A stretch of 64,000 bases of DNA from Synechococcus sp. (GCA_047285805.1 JBJBCN010000002.1:1280001-1344000), one strand, 5' to 3'; positions 20,030 through 31,703 are shown, numbered from the stretch's first letter. Notes: a model not told the origin generated them from the sequence alone. A program made the numbers and translations.

Positions 20030-21834
20030 TAGTTCAGCTTCAGCACAGCCATGAAGGCCTCTTGAGGCACTTCGACCTTGCCCATCGCCTTCATCCGCTT
20101 CTTGCCTTTGGCCTGCTTCTGCAGCAGCTTCTTTTTTCGGGAGATGTCACCGCCATAGCACTTGGCGAGCACGTCCTTGCGCATCGCGCTGATGCTCTCG
20201 GAGGCGATCACCCGGCTGCCGATGGAGGCCTGGATCGGGATCTTGAACTGCTGGCGGGGAATCAGCTCCTTGAGCTTCTCCACTAGAGCCTTACCGACGT
20301 TGTAGGCCTTGTCCCGGTGCACGATCGTCGTCAGGGGGTCGGCCCGTTCGGCGTTGATCAAGACATCCAGGCGCACCAGGTCGTTCTTGCGGTAGCCGAT
20401 CAGGGAGTACTCCATCGAGGCGTAGCCCTTCGTGCGCGACTTCATCTGATCGAAGAAGTCCGTCACCACCTCCGCCAGGGGCATCTCATAAAGCAGGGTC
20501 ACCCGCTCGGTGGTGATGAACTTCATGTCGATAAACTCACCTCGGCGCTCCTGGCAGAGCTCCATCAAGGTGCCGTTGTAGGTGTTAGGCGTGTAGATCT
20601 CGAGCTTCACGTAGGGCTCTTCGATCGATTCACGCTTCTGCGGATCAGGCAGGGTCGCCGGGTTGTCGACCATAACGATCTCACCGTCGAGCATGTTCAC
20701 CTGGTAGATCACCGAGGGCGCGGTGACGATCAGATCGAGGTTGTACTCGCGCTCCAGCCGCTCCTGGACGATCTCCATGTGCAGGAGGCCCAAGAAGCCG
20801 CAGCGGAAGCCAAAGCCCATGGCGCTGCTGGTTTCCGGCTCGTACTTCAGGGCCGCATCGCTCAGCTGCAGCTTATCGAGGGCTTCGCGCAGGTCCGGGT
20901 ACTGGTCGGCGTCGGTCGGGAACAGGCCGCAGAACACCATCGGCTTGGCCTCGGTGTAACCCGGCAGCGGCGCCTCAGCGGGGTTGTTCACCAGGGTGAT
21001 CGTGTCGCCAACGCGGGCATCAGCCACGGCTTTGATCGAGGCCGCCAGATACCCCACTTCACCGGCTTGGAGGCTGTCGACCTTGCGCTGGTCGGGGGCC
21101 ATCACCCCCACCTCATCGAGCTCGTATGTCTTCTTGCTGGCCATCAGCAGCACCTTGTCCTTGGTGCTGATCGAGCCCGAGATCACCCGGAAGTAGACGA
21201 TCACCCCGCGATAGGGGTCGTAATAGGAGTCAAAGATCAGGGCCTGGAGGGGCTCCTGCACACGATCCTGCGGCGGGGGAACCCGATCCACCACGGCCTG
21301 CAGGATCTCGGGGACCCCCAGGCCACTCTTGGCCGAGCAGGGGATCGCCCCAGTGCAGTCCAGGCCAATGATCGCTTCGATCTCTTCGCTAATCCGATCG
21401 GGATCGGCACCAGGCAGGTCGATCTTGTTGAGGACCGGGATGATCTCCAGGTCGTTCTCTAAAGCCAGATAAACGTTGGCCAGGGTCTGCGCTTCAACGC
21501 CCTGGCTGGCGTCAACCACCAACAGAGCCCCTTCACAGGCCTGCAGGGAGCGGCTGACCTCATAGGAGAAGTCAACGTGACCAGGGGTGTCGATCAGGTT
21601 GAGGATGTAGGTCTCGCCGTCGGCCGCCTTGTACTCCATGCGCGCGGCCTGCAGCTTGATGGTGATCCCCCGCTCCCGCTCAAGATCCATGTTGTCGAGG
21701 AACTGCTCCTGCATGTCCCGGACCGCCACCGTGCCGGTGTCCTGGAGCAGGCGATCGGCCAGGGTCGACTTCCCGTGGTCGATGTGAGCAATGATGCAGA
21801 AATTGCGGATCCGTGAAGCGGGGACGTCGGTCAT
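20029..21834 (-). CDS. lepA: elongation factor 4
   Basis: [43 protein letters not shown]. Confidence 0.99.
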   Translation of the reverse strand: MTDVPASRIRNFCIIAHIDHGKSTLADRLLQDTGTVAVRDMQEQFLDNMDLERERGITIKLQAARMEYKAADGETYILNLIDTPGHVDFSYEVSRSLQACEGALLVVDASQGVEAQTLANVYLALENDLEIIPVLNKIDLPGADPDRISEEIEAIIGLDCTGAIPCSAKSGLGVPEILQAVVDRVPPPQDRVQEPLQALIFDSYYDPYRGVIVYFRVISGSISTKDKVLLMASKKTYELDEVGVMAPDQRKVDSLQAGEVGYLAASIKAVADARVGDTITLVNNPAEAPLPGYTEAKPMVFCGLFPTDADQYPDLREALDKLQLSDAALKYEPETSSAMGFGFRCGFLGLLHMEIVQERLEREYNLDLIVTAPSVIYQVNMLDGEIVMVDNPATLPDPQKRESIEEPYVKLEIYTPNTYNGTLMELCQERRGEFIDMKFITTERVTLLYEMPLAEVVTDFFDQMKSRTKGYASMEYSLIGYRKNDLVRLDVLINAERADPLTTIVHRDKAYNVGKALVEKLKELIPRQQFKIPIQASIGSRVIASESISAMRKDVLAKCYGGDISRKKKLLQKQAKGKKRMKAMGKVEVPQEAFMAVLKLN

Positions 21835-21921
21835 TCGCTGTTGAGAGTCCCGGCTCGGACGGCCTTGATCCTAGGGAGCGGCGCTGCGTTCCTAAGCTCA
21901 GTGCAACAACGTCTCAGCGCG

Positions 21922-22200
21922 ATGAGCACCGAAACCCCAGCAGCAGCGGCCACCGAGAACGCTGATCCCCGCGCCCTCACCATCGAGAATGTGGAGCGCA
22001 CCCTCGATGAGCTCCGTCCCTATCTGATGGCCGACGGCGGCAACGTTGAAGTGGTGGAAATCGACGGACCGATCGTGAAGGTGCGCCTGCAGGGCGCCTG
22101 CGGCTCCTGCCCCAGCAGCACCATGACTTTGAAGATGGGAATCGAGCGCAAGCTGCGCGAAGCCATCCCCGAAGTCAGCGAAGTCGTGCAGGTGCTCTGA
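21922..22200 (+). CDS. nfuA: NifU-C/Nfu Fe-S carrier
   Basis: [23 protein letters not shown]. Confidence 0.92.
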   Translation: MSTETPAAAATENADPRALTIENVERTLDELRPYLMADGGNVEVVEIDGPIVKVRLQGACGSCPSSTMTLKMGIERKLREAIPEVSEVVQVL

Positions 22201-22243
22201 ACCCCTCCCCGTAGGCTCAGCGAACTCTTGAACCTTTGGGCCC

Positions 22244-23524
22244 GTGCTGGATCAGCGCCTGCTGCGCGAGAACCCTGAGCTGATCACCGAGCAGCTCGGG
22301 CGGCGCGGCATGAAGCTCGATCTCACGGGCCTTCAGTCGATGGCGCGCCAAGAGCGCGACCTCGAAGAAAAGCGCAGCAACCTCCAAGCCGACGGCAACC
22401 GGATCGGCAAGGAGGTGGGCCTCAAGATCAAGGGCGGCTCAGCTCCGAAAAGCCCCGAGGTCCAGGCCCTGCGGGACGAAGGCAACCGGATCAAGCAGCA
22501 GGTCGCGATCCTCGAAGAAGAAGAGAAGACCCTGGAGGCCAAGCTCCGCGAAGAGCTACTGACCCTGCCCAACCTGCCCTCAGCCCAGGCGCCCGACGGC
22601 AAGGACGAGAACGACAACGTCGAGATCAAGATCTGGGGCAGCCCCCGGGCCAAGGAGGACTGGCTCGAAGAGCACTGGCAGATCGCCGAGCGCCTGGGCC
22701 TTTTTGAAACCGAGCGCTCCGTGCGCATCGCCCAGAGCCGCTTTGTGACCCTGATGGGTCTCGGGGCGCGGCTCGAGCGCTCCTTGATCAACTTCATGCT
22801 CGACCTACACGGCGGCAAGGGCTACCGCGAGGTCCTGCCGCCGATCCTGGTCAACAGCGCCAGCCTCACCGGCTCCGGCCAGCTGCCCAAATTCGCCGAG
22901 GAGAGCTTCCGCTGCGCTGAGGACGACCTCTGGCTAACTCCCACCGCCGAGGTGCCCGTCACCTCCCTGCACCGCGGCGAGGTCATCCCCGCCGAGCAAC
23001 TTCCGCTCAAGTACGTCGCCTACACCCCCTGTTTCCGCCGCGAGGCCGGCAGCTACGGCCGCGACACTCGGGGGCTGATCCGCCTGCACCAGTTCAACAA
23101 GGTGGAGCTCTACTGGTTCTGCCACCCCGACCACTCCGCGGACGCCCACCAACAAATCACCGCGGACGCCGAAGCCGTCCTCGAAGCCCTGGAGCTGCCC
23201 TACCGCAAGATCGAGCTCTGCACAGGCGACATGGGCTTCTCCGCCACCCGCACCTATGACCTCGAGGTCTGGCTGCCCGGGGCCGGCGCCTACCGCGAGA
23301 TTTCCAGCTGCTCGGTCTGCGGCGACTTCCAGGCGCGCCGCTCCGCCATCCGCTGCAAGGAGGGCAAAACCACCCAGCTGCTGCACACCCTCAACGGCAG
23401 TGGTCTGGCAGTGGGGCGCACCATGGCCGCCCTGCTGGAGAACGGCCAGCAGATCGACGGCTCGATCGAGATCCCCGCGGCCCTCGTGCCCTACTTCGGC
23501 GCTGAGACCATCCCCGCCGCCTAG
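22244..23524 (+). CDS. serS: seryl-tRNA synthetase
   Basis: PTAEVP, FRREAGSYGRDTRGLIRLHQF, YREISSCS, HTLNGSGLA. Confidence 0.99.
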   Translation: MLDQRLLRENPELITEQLGRRGMKLDLTGLQSMARQERDLEEKRSNLQADGNRIGKEVGLKIKGGSAPKSPEVQALRDEGNRIKQQVAILEEEEKTLEAKLREELLTLPNLPSAQAPDGKDENDNVEIKIWGSPRAKEDWLEEHWQIAERLGLFETERSVRIAQSRFVTLMGLGARLERSLINFMLDLHGGKGYREVLPPILVNSASLTGSGQLPKFAEESFRCAEDDLWLTPTAEVPVTSLHRGEVIPAEQLPLKYVAYTPCFRREAGSYGRDTRGLIRLHQFNKVELYWFCHPDHSADAHQQITADAEAVLEALELPYRKIELCTGDMGFSATRTYDLEVWLPGAGAYREISSCSVCGDFQARRSAIRCKEGKTTQLLHTLNGSGLAVGRTMAALLENGQQIDGSIEIPAALVPYFGAETIPAA

Positions 23525-24960
23525 GCGTTCAGCCCCAGCAGGCCGTTGCTTCGCTGACGGATCTGGGCCAGGCGCTCAGCGCTCGCCCCCAGCTCCTCAC
23601 CCCAAGAGGGAATCAGGGACTTGAGCTTCTTCTGCCAGGCCTCACTGGTGAAACGCTCTCCCATGCAGCGCTGCAGCACCTGCACCATCGTCTCCACAGC
23701 GGTCGAGGCACCGGGGGACGCCCCCAGCAGGGCCGCCAGGGAGCAATCGGCGCTGCTGACCACCTCGGTGCCCATCTGCAGGCAACCGCGGCCGTCCACC
23801 TGCTTGATGATCTGCACCCGCTGGCCCGCCACCGCCAGCTCCCAGTCGTTGGCGTTAACCTCGGGTAGGAAGTCGCGCAGGCTGTCGATCCGCTGCTTCG
23901 GGCGCTGGACGACCTGCCCGACCAGGTAGCGGACCAGATCAAAGTCATTGGCCCCCACCTGCAGGGTAGGAAGCAGGTTGTAGGGCTTGATCGAGCGCCC
24001 CAGATCCCAGAGGGAGCCCTGCCTCAAAAAGCGGGTGCTGAATCCGGCGTAGGGACCAAAGAGCAGCGCCCGCTGGCCATCGATCCAGCGGGTGTCCAGG
24101 TGGGGGACGGACATTGGCGGCGCGCCGACCGCGGCCTTGCCATAGACCTTTGCGTTGTGGGCCTTAATCACCTTGGGGTTGCGACAGACCAGCCACTGGC
24201 CGCTAACCGGGAAGGCGCCATAGACCCGGGCCTCGGGGATGCCGGAGCGCTGCAGCAGCGGCAGGCTGCCGCCCCCCGCCCCCAGGAAGACAAACGGTGC
24301 CTCCAGCTCTCCGGAGCTGGTCTGCACCCGCCAACCGGCACCGCCCCGCTCGAGCCCGAGCACGGACTGGCCCAAGCGCAGATCGACGCCCTGCAGCAAG
24401 GCCCGGGTGAGGGCCCCGAAGTTCACATCGGTACCGCGGGCCACCCGGGTGGCCGCCAAGGGTTGATGCATGCGGCGGCCGGCCATCACCAGAGGCATCC
24501 ACTCCCGCAGTTGCTCCGGATCGGTACTCCAGGCCATGTCGGCGAACTGGGGCGCCGCCTGCAGGGCGTCAAAGCGGCGGCGCAGGTAATCGACGTTGGT
24601 CTGCCCCCAGACAAAGCTCAGGTGCGGCACCGCGCGAATGAAACCGGCCGGATCACTGAGCTGCTGGCTCTCCACCAGGGAACTCCAGAACTCCAGGCTG
24701 CGCTCAAAGGAAGCGTTGATCGCCAGGGCCTTCCCGGTGGGAATGGAGCCGTCCTCGGCAGCCGGGCTGTAGTTGAGCTCGCAGTTAGCAGCGTGGCCGG
24801 TGCCGGCGTTGTTCATCGGCCCACTGCTTTCGCAGCCCAGCTGGGGGAGCCGCTCCAGCACCACCACCTTCAGGCTGGGATCAAGCTGCCTAAGCAGGTT
24901 CGCCAGGGTGGCGCCCATGATCCCGGCGCCCACCAAGAGGGCATCGCAGCGTTCACTCAT
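23521..24960 (-). CDS. mqo: malate:quinone oxidoreductase
   Basis: VGAGIMGAT, NNAGTGHAANCELNY, GAPPMSVPHLDTR, AGQRVQIIK, LLGASPGAST. Confidence 0.97.
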   Translation of the reverse strand: MSERCDALLVGAGIMGATLANLLRQLDPSLKVVVLERLPQLGCESSGPMNNAGTGHAANCELNYSPAAEDGSIPTGKALAINASFERSLEFWSSLVESQQLSDPAGFIRAVPHLSFVWGQTNVDYLRRRFDALQAAPQFADMAWSTDPEQLREWMPLVMAGRRMHQPLAATRVARGTDVNFGALTRALLQGVDLRLGQSVLGLERGGAGWRVQTSSGELEAPFVFLGAGGGSLPLLQRSGIPEARVYGAFPVSGQWLVCRNPKVIKAHNAKVYGKAAVGAPPMSVPHLDTRWIDGQRALLFGPYAGFSTRFLRQGSLWDLGRSIKPYNLLPTLQVGANDFDLVRYLVGQVVQRPKQRIDSLRDFLPEVNANDWELAVAGQRVQIIKQVDGRGCLQMGTEVVSSADCSLAALLGASPGASTAVETMVQVLQRCMGERFTSEAWQKKLKSLIPSWGEELGASAERLAQIRQRSNGLLGLNA

Positions 24961-25047
24961 GGAGCCGGAATCAAGCGGGGCGCACGGTCACCCAACGCTA
25001 TGGCCGTGCCTTCCCCCCCACAATGGACGCACTTTGGATCTGCAGAG

Positions 25048-26136
25048 ATGGGCGTCCTGACGGCTCTGGCGATCCTGGCCGGCCTGATCGTGGTACATGA
25101 GGCCGGGCACTTCTTTGCGGCCACCTGGCAGGGAATTCGCGTCAGTGGTTTCTCGGTTGGCTTCGGCCCGGTGCTGCTCGAGAAGCAGCGGCGGGGGGTG
25201 CAGTTCGCTCTACGGGCGATCCCACTGGGGGGCTTCGTGTCCTTCCCCGATGACGACGAGGACAGCGCGATCCCGACCGACGACCCGGACCTTCTCAGCA
25301 ATCGCCCCCTGCATCAGCGCGCCCTGGTGATTGCCGCTGGCGTGATCGCCAACCTGCTGCTGGCCTGGGCCGTGCTCCTCGCCCAAGGCGCCTTCGTTGG
25401 CATCCCGGCCGGCTTCAGCGCCACCCCCGGCGTCCTGGTCTCCGGCGTCCAGCAGGGCAATGCGGCAGCGGCCTCCGGCCTGAAGGCCGGCGACCGGATC
25501 CTGGCGGTGGACGGTCGCGACCTCGGGGGCGGACAAACCGCGGTCAGCCAACTGGTGGAGTTGGTGAAGGGGGCCCCGGATCAAACCCTGCGCCTGCGCG
25601 CCGAGCGCCAAGGCCAGCCCCTCGAACTCAAGCTGACCCCGGCGGACCTGAGCGGCATCGGCCGAATCGGCGCCCAACTGCAACCGAGCGGCATCGAGGC
25701 CTTCCGCCGGCCCCGCAGTCCGATCGAGGTGATCAAACAGGCCAACCATGACCTCGTCCTGCTGACCAAGCGGACGGTGGACGGCTTTGTGACTCTGGTG
25801 ACCCACTTCGGTGAAACCGCTGGCCAGGTCTCCGGTCCGGTGAAGATCGTCGAGATGGGGGCATCCCTGGCCAAACAGGGCGGCAGCAGCCTCTTCCTCT
25901 ACACCGCCTTGATTTCGATCAACCTGGCCGTGCTGAATTCCCTGCCCCTGCCGATGCTCGATGGCGGGCAGTTCGCCCTGCTGCTGCTGGAGGGTCTGCG
26001 CCGCAAACCCCTACCCGAGAAGTTCCAGATGGCCTTTATACAGTCGGGCTTTGTCCTGCTCGTAGGCCTCAGCGTGGTCCTGATCGTCAAGGACACGAGC
26101 CAGCTGGCGGCGGTTCAGCAGTTGCTGGGACGCTAA
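25048..26136 (+). CDS. rseP: RIP metalloprotease RseP
   Basis: HEAGH, AIPLGGFV, PDZ domain, NSLPLPMLDGG. Confidence 0.95.
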   Translation: MGVLTALAILAGLIVVHEAGHFFAATWQGIRVSGFSVGFGPVLLEKQRRGVQFALRAIPLGGFVSFPDDDEDSAIPTDDPDLLSNRPLHQRALVIAAGVIANLLLAWAVLLAQGAFVGIPAGFSATPGVLVSGVQQGNAAAASGLKAGDRILAVDGRDLGGGQTAVSQLVELVKGAPDQTLRLRAERQGQPLELKLTPADLSGIGRIGAQLQPSGIEAFRRPRSPIEVIKQANHDLVLLTKRTVDGFVTLVTHFGETAGQVSGPVKIVEMGASLAKQGGSSLFLYTALISINLAVLNSLPLPMLDGGQFALLLLEGLRRKPLPEKFQMAFIQSGFVLLVGLSVVLIVKDTSQLAAVQQLLGR

Positions 26137-26177
26137 GAGGTAGTCTTTCTAGTCACTGCTAACGAGATCCAGGCCGC

Positions 26178-26480
26178 ATGGCGAAGAAGTCGATGATTGC
26201 GCGCGACGTCAAGCGCCAAAAGCTTGTTGATCGCTACGCCGCGAAGCGCGCAGCTCTGATGGCCGCCTTCGAAGCCGCCGGCGATCCGATGCAGCGCCTG
26301 GAAATCCACCGCAAGATCCAGAACCTGCCCCGCAACAGCGCCCGCGTGCGTCTGCGCAACCGTTGCTGGGCCACCGGCAAGCCCCGTGGGGTGTACCGCG
26401 ATTTCGGCCTGTGCCGCAACCAGCTGCGTGAGCGCGCCCACAAAGGCGAACTGCCCGGCGTGGTCAAGTCCTCCTGGTGA
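26178..26480 (+). CDS. rpsN: 30S ribosomal protein S14
   Basis: [10 protein letters not shown]..., [23 protein letters not shown]. Confidence 0.99.
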   Translation: MAKKSMIARDVKRQKLVDRYAAKRAALMAAFEAAGDPMQRLEIHRKIQNLPRNSARVRLRNRCWATGKPRGVYRDFGLCRNQLRERAHKGELPGVVKSSW

Positions 26481-26504
26481 GCTCCACGATCCTCTGATCG
26501 ACCT

Positions 26505-26530
26505 AAAGGGCGCCTTAGGGCGCCTTTTTT
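26505..26530 (+). terminator. intrinsic terminator after rpsN
   Basis: GGCGCC-TTAG-GGCGCC hairpin followed by T6. Confidence 0.8.
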
Positions 26531-26639
26531 GTTGCCGGCCTGCGTTGTGGCATTCCGGAAGAGATTGCGCCAGTTTTCCGCACGTCTTCGGGCTCAGATG
26601 CAAGAATTACTCTTGACAACAAACAAGACATAAGCCCAC

Positions 26640-28772
26640 GTGCAAGGTCACACTCAGTCGGTCTCCTTCGATGGTCGGGAGATCCGGCTGACCACAGGTC
26701 GGTTCGCCCCGCAAGCCGGGGGTTCCGTGATGGTCGAATGCGGAGATACCTCTGTTCTCGTCACTGCCACCCGCTCCGGCGGCCGTGAGGGCATCGATTT
26801 TCTGCCGCTGATTTGCGACTACGAGGAGCGCCTCTACGCCGCTGGCCGCATCCCCGGCAGCTTCATGCGCCGGGAGAGCCGTCCCCCTGAGCGCGCCACC
26901 TTGATCGCGCGCCTGATCGACCGCCCGATGCGTCCGCTGTTCCCCAGCTGGTTGCGGGACGACCTGCAGGTCGTCGCCACCTGCATGTCCCTCGATGAGC
27001 GGGTTCCGCCCGATGTCCTGGCAGTGACCGGCGCCTCCCTCGCCACCCTGCTGGCCAAGATCCCCTTCAACGGACCCATGGCCGCCGTGCGGGTGGGTCT
27101 GCTGGGTGATGACTTCATTCTGAACCCGAGTTACCGCGAGATCGAGCGCTCCGAGCTAGATCTGGTGGTCGCCGGCACCCCACAGGGCGTGATCATGGTC
27201 GAAGCGGGTGCCAACCAGCTGCCCGAGCAGGACGTCATCGAAGCAATCGACTTCGGCTACGAGGCCGTCTGCGAACTGATCAAGGTCCAGCAGACCCTGC
27301 TAAAGGAGCTCGGCATCGAGCAGGTCATCCCCGAGGCCCAGACCGTCGACGCCACCCTGCCCAGCTTCCTGGAGAAGGAGTGCAGCAAGGGCATCGGCGA
27401 TGTCCTCAAGCAGTTCAGCCTGACCAAGGCTGAGCGCGACGAGCAGCTCGATGCGATCAAGGCCCAGGCGGCCGAGAAGATCAGCGGCCTCAAGGACGAC
27501 GACGACGTGAAGTTGGCCGTCAGCAGCAACGGCAAGGCCCTGGGCAACAACTACAAGGCGCTCACCAAAAAGCTGATGCGCGCCCAGATCGTCCAGGACG
27601 GCAAGCGCGTCGACGGCCGCAACCTCGATGAGGTGCGTCCGATCAGCGCCGCCGCCGGTGTGCTGCCCAAACGCGTGCACGGCTCCGGTCTGTTCCAGCG
27701 CGGCATGACCCAGGTTCTCTCCTGCGCCACCCTCGGCACCCCGAGCGACGCCCAGGAGATGGATGACCTGAATCCGTCCAACGAGAAGACCTATCTCCAC
27801 CACTACAACTTTCCCCCCTACTCCGTCGGCGAAACCCGCCCGATGCGCAGCCCCGGCCGCCGCGAAATCGGCCATGGCGCCCTGGCCGAGCGGGCTCTGA
27901 TCCCCGTCCTGCCCAGCAAGGAGAGCTTCCCCTACGTGCTTCGCGTGGTGTCGGAATGCCTGAGCTCCAACGGCTCCACCTCGATGGGTTCGGTCTGCGG
28001 CAGCACCCTGGCCCTGATGGATGCCGGCGTGCCCCTGAAGGCCCCCGTGAGCGGCGCCGCCATGGGCCTGATCAAGGAGGGCTCCGAGGTGCGGATCCTG
28101 ACCGACATCCAAGGCATCGAGGACTTCCTCGGCGACATGGACTTCAAGGTGGCCGGCACCGAGAAGGGCATCACGGCCCTTCAGATGGACATGAAGATCA
28201 CCGGTCTCGAAGTGAAGACCGTGGCTGAGGCCATCAACCAGGCCCGCCCGGCCCGTCTGCACATCCTCGAGAAGATGCTCGCGGCGATCGACAAGCCCCG
28301 CGATGTCATGAGCCCCCACGCCCCTCGCCTGCTCAGCTTCCGGATCGACCCCGAGCTGATCGGCACCGTGATTGGCCCCGGCGGCCGCACCATCAAGGGC
28401 ATCACCGAGCGCACCAACACCAAGATCGACATCGAGGACGGCGGCATCGTCACGATCGCCAGCCACGACGGTGCAGCGGCTGAGGAAGCCCAGCGCATCA
28501 TCGAAGGCCTCACCCGTCGCGTTTCTGAAGGCGAAGTCTTCAGCGGTGCCGTCACCCGCGTGATCCCTATCGGCGCCTTCGTCGAGATCCTGCCCGGCAA
28601 GGAAGGCATGATCCACATCTCCCAGCTCAGCGAAGCCCGCGTGGAGAAGGTGGAAGACGTAGTCAAGGTGGGCGACCAAGTCACGGTGCGCGTCCGCGAA
28701 ATTGACAACCGCGGCCGCATCAACCTCACCCTGCGTGGGGTTCCCCAACAGGACGAGCCGGCCCAGGCCTGA
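26640..28772 (+). CDS. pnp: polyribonucleotide nucleotidyltransferase
   Basis: [38 protein letters not shown] and S1 domains. Confidence 0.99.
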   Translation: MQGHTQSVSFDGREIRLTTGRFAPQAGGSVMVECGDTSVLVTATRSGGREGIDFLPLICDYEERLYAAGRIPGSFMRRESRPPERATLIARLIDRPMRPLFPSWLRDDLQVVATCMSLDERVPPDVLAVTGASLATLLAKIPFNGPMAAVRVGLLGDDFILNPSYREIERSELDLVVAGTPQGVIMVEAGANQLPEQDVIEAIDFGYEAVCELIKVQQTLLKELGIEQVIPEAQTVDATLPSFLEKECSKGIGDVLKQFSLTKAERDEQLDAIKAQAAEKISGLKDDDDVKLAVSSNGKALGNNYKALTKKLMRAQIVQDGKRVDGRNLDEVRPISAAAGVLPKRVHGSGLFQRGMTQVLSCATLGTPSDAQEMDDLNPSNEKTYLHHYNFPPYSVGETRPMRSPGRREIGHGALAERALIPVLPSKESFPYVLRVVSECLSSNGSTSMGSVCGSTLALMDAGVPLKAPVSGAAMGLIKEGSEVRILTDIQGIEDFLGDMDFKVAGTEKGITALQMDMKITGLEVKTVAEAINQARPARLHILEKMLAAIDKPRDVMSPHAPRLLSFRIDPELIGTVIGPGGRTIKGITERTNTKIDIEDGGIVTIASHDGAAAEEAQRIIEGLTRRVSEGEVFSGAVTRVIPIGAFVEILPGKEGMIHISQLSEARVEKVEDVVKVGDQVTVRVREIDNRGRINLTLRGVPQQDEPAQA

Positions 28773-28779
28773 TCCAGCC

Positions 28780-28800
28780 AAGCCCCCGCAAGGGGGCTTT
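28780..28800. terminator. hairpin terminator between convergent pnp and cysQ
   Basis: AAGCCCCC-GCAA-GGGGGCTT perfect stem. Confidence 0.75.
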
Positions 28801-28808
28801 CTTATGAC

Positions 28809-29729
28809 CTAAACCGTGAAGCCCGGATCGATGCGGCCCATCGCCTCGGCCGCTTTCGCGCAGAGCTCCCTGTGACTCATGCCGTGGCTGGCGATCAGGC
28901 AGCCGGCCTGGCGCACATCACCAGTGTTGTAACGAAGGGGGGCACCGTCAGCGTGGGTGAAGGCGCCACCCGCCGCCTTGAGCACGGCCGCGGGAGCCGC
29001 CATGTCCCAGTCCTTCGGAGCGCTCTTGCCCGAGAGGGAGATGTAGACATCGGTCTCACCGCGCAGGATCGTGGCGACCTTGCCGCCGACGCTGCCGATA
29101 GCCTTGGTGTCGCCGAGGGCCAGGGCCTCCAGCAGCTTCTCGAGCCGTTGGTCCCTGTGGTTGCGGCTGGCCACCAGGACCATCTCGCCAAGGGCCTGGC
29201 GGCGGCTGAACTGGGCGGGCTGCTGGTCACCGGCGCGGTTCTCGCGCCAGGCGCGGCCCTCGGGCACGAGGCCGAACCAGAGGTCCTCCAGCAGCGGTTG
29301 CAGCACCACCCCCAAGACGGCCTCCCCGCGGTGCACGAGTGCCAGATGCACGGCGTACTCGCCAGTGCCCTGAAGAAAGTCCTTGGTGCCATCAAGGGGA
29401 TCCAGGATCCAGAGCCACTCGGCATGCAAGGGCTCCCCAGCGGTGAGCTGCTCCTTAGCGGTCTCCTCGCTGAGCAGGGTCCAACCGGCATCGGGATAGG
29501 CCTTGGCCAGCCCCTCAAGCAGCCACTGATTAACCGCAAGATCGGCCGCACTGACGGGCCCCTCGCCCCCTTCATCCACGCTCAGGGCCTTGGGAAAGCC
29601 GTAGGGGGGCTGCTCCCCGCGACCGTAGGCCAACAGGATGTCCGCGGCGCCCCAGCAGAGCCGGCGTAGATCCGCCAAGAGCTGCTCCTCCGCGATGCCA
29701 GGGGGGAAGCAAGCGGCGGCGGGCATCAT
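28809..29729 (-). CDS. cysQ: 3'(2'),5'-bisphosphate nucleotidase (inositol monophosphatase family)
   Basis: LLSEE, WILDPLDGTKDF, VASRNH, WDMAA. Confidence 0.92.
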   Translation of the reverse strand: MMPAAACFPPGIAEEQLLADLRRLCWGAADILLAYGRGEQPPYGFPKALSVDEGGEGPVSAADLAVNQWLLEGLAKAYPDAGWTLLSEETAKEQLTAGEPLHAEWLWILDPLDGTKDFLQGTGEYAVHLALVHRGEAVLGVVLQPLLEDLWFGLVPEGRAWRENRAGDQQPAQFSRRQALGEMVLVASRNHRDQRLEKLLEALALGDTKAIGSVGGKVATILRGETDVYISLSGKSAPKDWDMAAPAAVLKAAGGAFTHADGAPLRYNTGDVRQAGCLIASHGMSHRELCAKAAEAMGRIDPGFTV

Positions 29730-29751
29730 GGAAGGGCAAAGGAGCATTGTG

Positions 29752-30609
29752 ATGCAGGGCGCTGAACCCGCTGCAGGCGTGCTCTATCTAGTAGGCACCC
29801 CGATCGGGAACACCGGGGACCTCTCCACGAGGGCCAAAACCGTTCTGGCCGGGGCGGATCGCATTGCCTGCGAAGACACCCGCCGCAGCGGCCTCCTGCT
29901 GCACAACCTGGGCATCAAGAGCCGGTTGGTGAGCTTCCACGAGCACAACCAGGCCACCCGGATCCCGGAATTGCTGGAGGCCCTAGAGAACGGCGAAGCG
30001 ATCGCGGTGATCAGCGACGCCGGCCTGCCGGGCATCTCGGACCCGGGGGAGGAGCTCGTGGCGGCAGCCCGCCAACAAGGGCGCACGGTGATCTGCGTGC
30101 CGGGCCCCTGTGCAGCGACGACAGCCCTGATCAGCAGTGGGCTGCCCTGCGGCCGCTTCTGCTTTGAAGGCTTCCTGCCGCCGAAGGCCACGGCCCGGCG
30201 AACGCGGCTGCTGGCCTTAGCCCAGGAAGAGCGCACCCTGGTCTTCTACGAGGCCCCCCACCGCCTACTGACGGTGCTCGAGGACCTGCTGGAGCTGCTC
30301 GGGGATCGCCCCATCGCGGTGACCCGCGAACTCACCAAACGCCACGAAGAGCAGGTGGGCCCGAGCGTGTCGGTGGCCCTAGAGCACTTCCGCGAGCACG
30401 CGCCCCAGGGGGAGTTCACCCTGGTGCTAGGCGGAGCGGAGGTAAAAGCGAGCGAACGCCCCAGCGATGCCGAGTTGCGGGAGCAGCTTCAGGCCCTCAT
30501 CGATGGCGGATTGAGCCGCAACGATGCCGCACGCCAACTGGCACGAAGCACGGGCATCGCCAAACGTGAGCTCTACGCTTTGCTGCATCAAGACGACAAC
30601 ACCGCCTGA
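29752..30609 (+). CDS. rsmI: 16S rRNA C1402 2'-O-methyltransferase
   Basis: LYLVGTPIGN, CEDTR, SDAGLPGISDPG, YEAPHR, RELTK. Confidence 0.96.
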   Translation: MQGAEPAAGVLYLVGTPIGNTGDLSTRAKTVLAGADRIACEDTRRSGLLLHNLGIKSRLVSFHEHNQATRIPELLEALENGEAIAVISDAGLPGISDPGEELVAAARQQGRTVICVPGPCAATTALISSGLPCGRFCFEGFLPPKATARRTRLLALAQEERTLVFYEAPHRLLTVLEDLLELLGDRPIAVTRELTKRHEEQVGPSVSVALEHFREHAPQGEFTLVLGGAEVKASERPSDAELREQLQALIDGGLSRNDAARQLARSTGIAKRELYALLHQDDNTA

Positions 30610-30851
30610 TGCTGCTGCGCCTGCGCCTACTTCTGGCCAGCCTGGGTGGTGGGGTGCTGCTGTTATTCATCCTCTGTCTGGGCGCCCAGAACCTCGACCA
30701 ACGCACCCGGCTCAACCTGGGGGTTGGCCGCACGGGTGAGCTCCCCACCGGCTTTCTGTTGGGGGTCTCCCTGGTGATTGGAGTGATCAGCGGCGGTGCC
30801 GCGAGCGCCCTACTGATCCCCGGCCGTGATCAGGCTTCGGGCAGGGAATAA
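30609..30851 (+). CDS. small membrane protein (LapA-like two-helix)
   Basis: Two hydrophobic helices around LGAQN; TGATG-coupled to rsmI. Confidence 0.65.
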   Translation: MLLRLRLLLASLGGGVLLLFILCLGAQNLDQRTRLNLGVGRTGELPTGFLLGVSLVIGVISGGAASALLIPGRDQASGRE

Positions 30852-31561
30852 AGCAGGCCGCCTTCCACCACTAGGCGGGTAATGCCCTGGGCCACCAGGT
30901 AGGAGGAGCGGCGCTGGAGCACGTCGCTATCTGGCACCTTGATCACCCGCTGGCTGCGGCCGCACTGGCGCTTGGCCTGGCGGGGGTTCGTGAAGAGCAT
31001 CAGGGCCTGGCGGGCCTGCTCGGTCTCCGGTAAGGAGCCGAGCTCCGGGAATTCGTTTAGGGGCTTGGCCTGAAGCTCCACGACTTTGTCCACGAGCATG
31101 TAGACGCTGCTGGGCAGCAGGCCGGGGAGCAAGGGGATCGGGTCGATCAGCTCAGCCGCTAATGCCGCGCCAGAGGCGGTCGCATCGGAGCTGTCATCGC
31201 AGTCCTCGAAGTTCTCCTCATCGCCGTCATCGCCGAAGTCATCAGCGTCATCGATCGCCAAAATGCCGGCGTCCTCGCCCGCCTCGTCGTCTGACTGGTC
31301 GACCTCATCGACGATGGGGGCCGCGGCTGGCTCGTCAGCTGGGGGCTCGACCTTCACCTCGATCGGCTTGGCGGCCGAGCGGCTGCGGGATTGCTTTTTG
31401 AGCGTGGCAAGCTCTTCCGGATCGATCCCAGCCTTGAGCACACGGCTCACCGTGTTGGGGCTACAGCCGTAGCTCGCGGCAAGGGCCTGGGCGGTCTCGC
31501 CCTGGCGGTAACGAGCGACCAGCTCCTCTTTTTGGCTTTCGCTCAGCCGTGGAGCGGGCAT
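30830..31561 (-). CDS. HTH-domain protein with acidic linker
   Basis: N-terminal HTH (YRQGETAQALAASYGCSPNTVSRVL), D/E-rich linker, C-terminal YMLVDK..EL domain. Confidence 0.75.
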   Translation of the reverse strand: MPAPRLSESQKEELVARYRQGETAQALAASYGCSPNTVSRVLKAGIDPEELATLKKQSRSRSAAKPIEVKVEPPADEPAAAPIVDEVDQSDDEAGEDAGILAIDDADDFGDDGDEENFEDCDDSSDATASGAALAAELIDPIPLLPGLLPSSVYMLVDKVVELQAKPLNEFPELGSLPETEQARQALMLFTNPRQAKRQCGRSQRVIKVPDSDVLQRRSSYLVAQGITRLVVEGGLLYSLPEA

Positions 31562-31629
31562 GACGACATTGATGTCCAGCACACCACAATAGAAGCCTTG
31601 GTTCACCTGGCAAAATGCGTCAGATCCAA

Positions 31630-31703
31630 GCTCCCTTAGCTCAGTTGGATAGAGCAGCTGCCTTCTAAGCAGCCGGTCGTTGGTTCGAATCCAACAGGGG
31701 GCG
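31630..31703 (+). tRNA. tRNA-Arg(UCU)
   Basis: Cloverleaf GCTCCCT.../...GGGGGCG, anticodon arm GCTGC-CTTCTAA-GCAGC, T-loop GGTTCGAATCC. Confidence 0.97.

Noticed and set aside
24100..25047. N-terminal extension making RseP 678 aa
   Set aside because: Antisense to mqo; RseP homology starts at ATG 25048
27300..28781. 493-aa minus ORF and similar long antisense ORFs over lepA, chlG, cysQ and hlyB
   Set aside because: Shadow frames of GC-rich real genes on the opposite strand
31680..31703. tRNA-Arg 3' end as the att site of the downstream island
   Set aside because: I found no duplicated tRNA 3' fragment in the window by eye; the visible att repeats are unrelated to the tRNA
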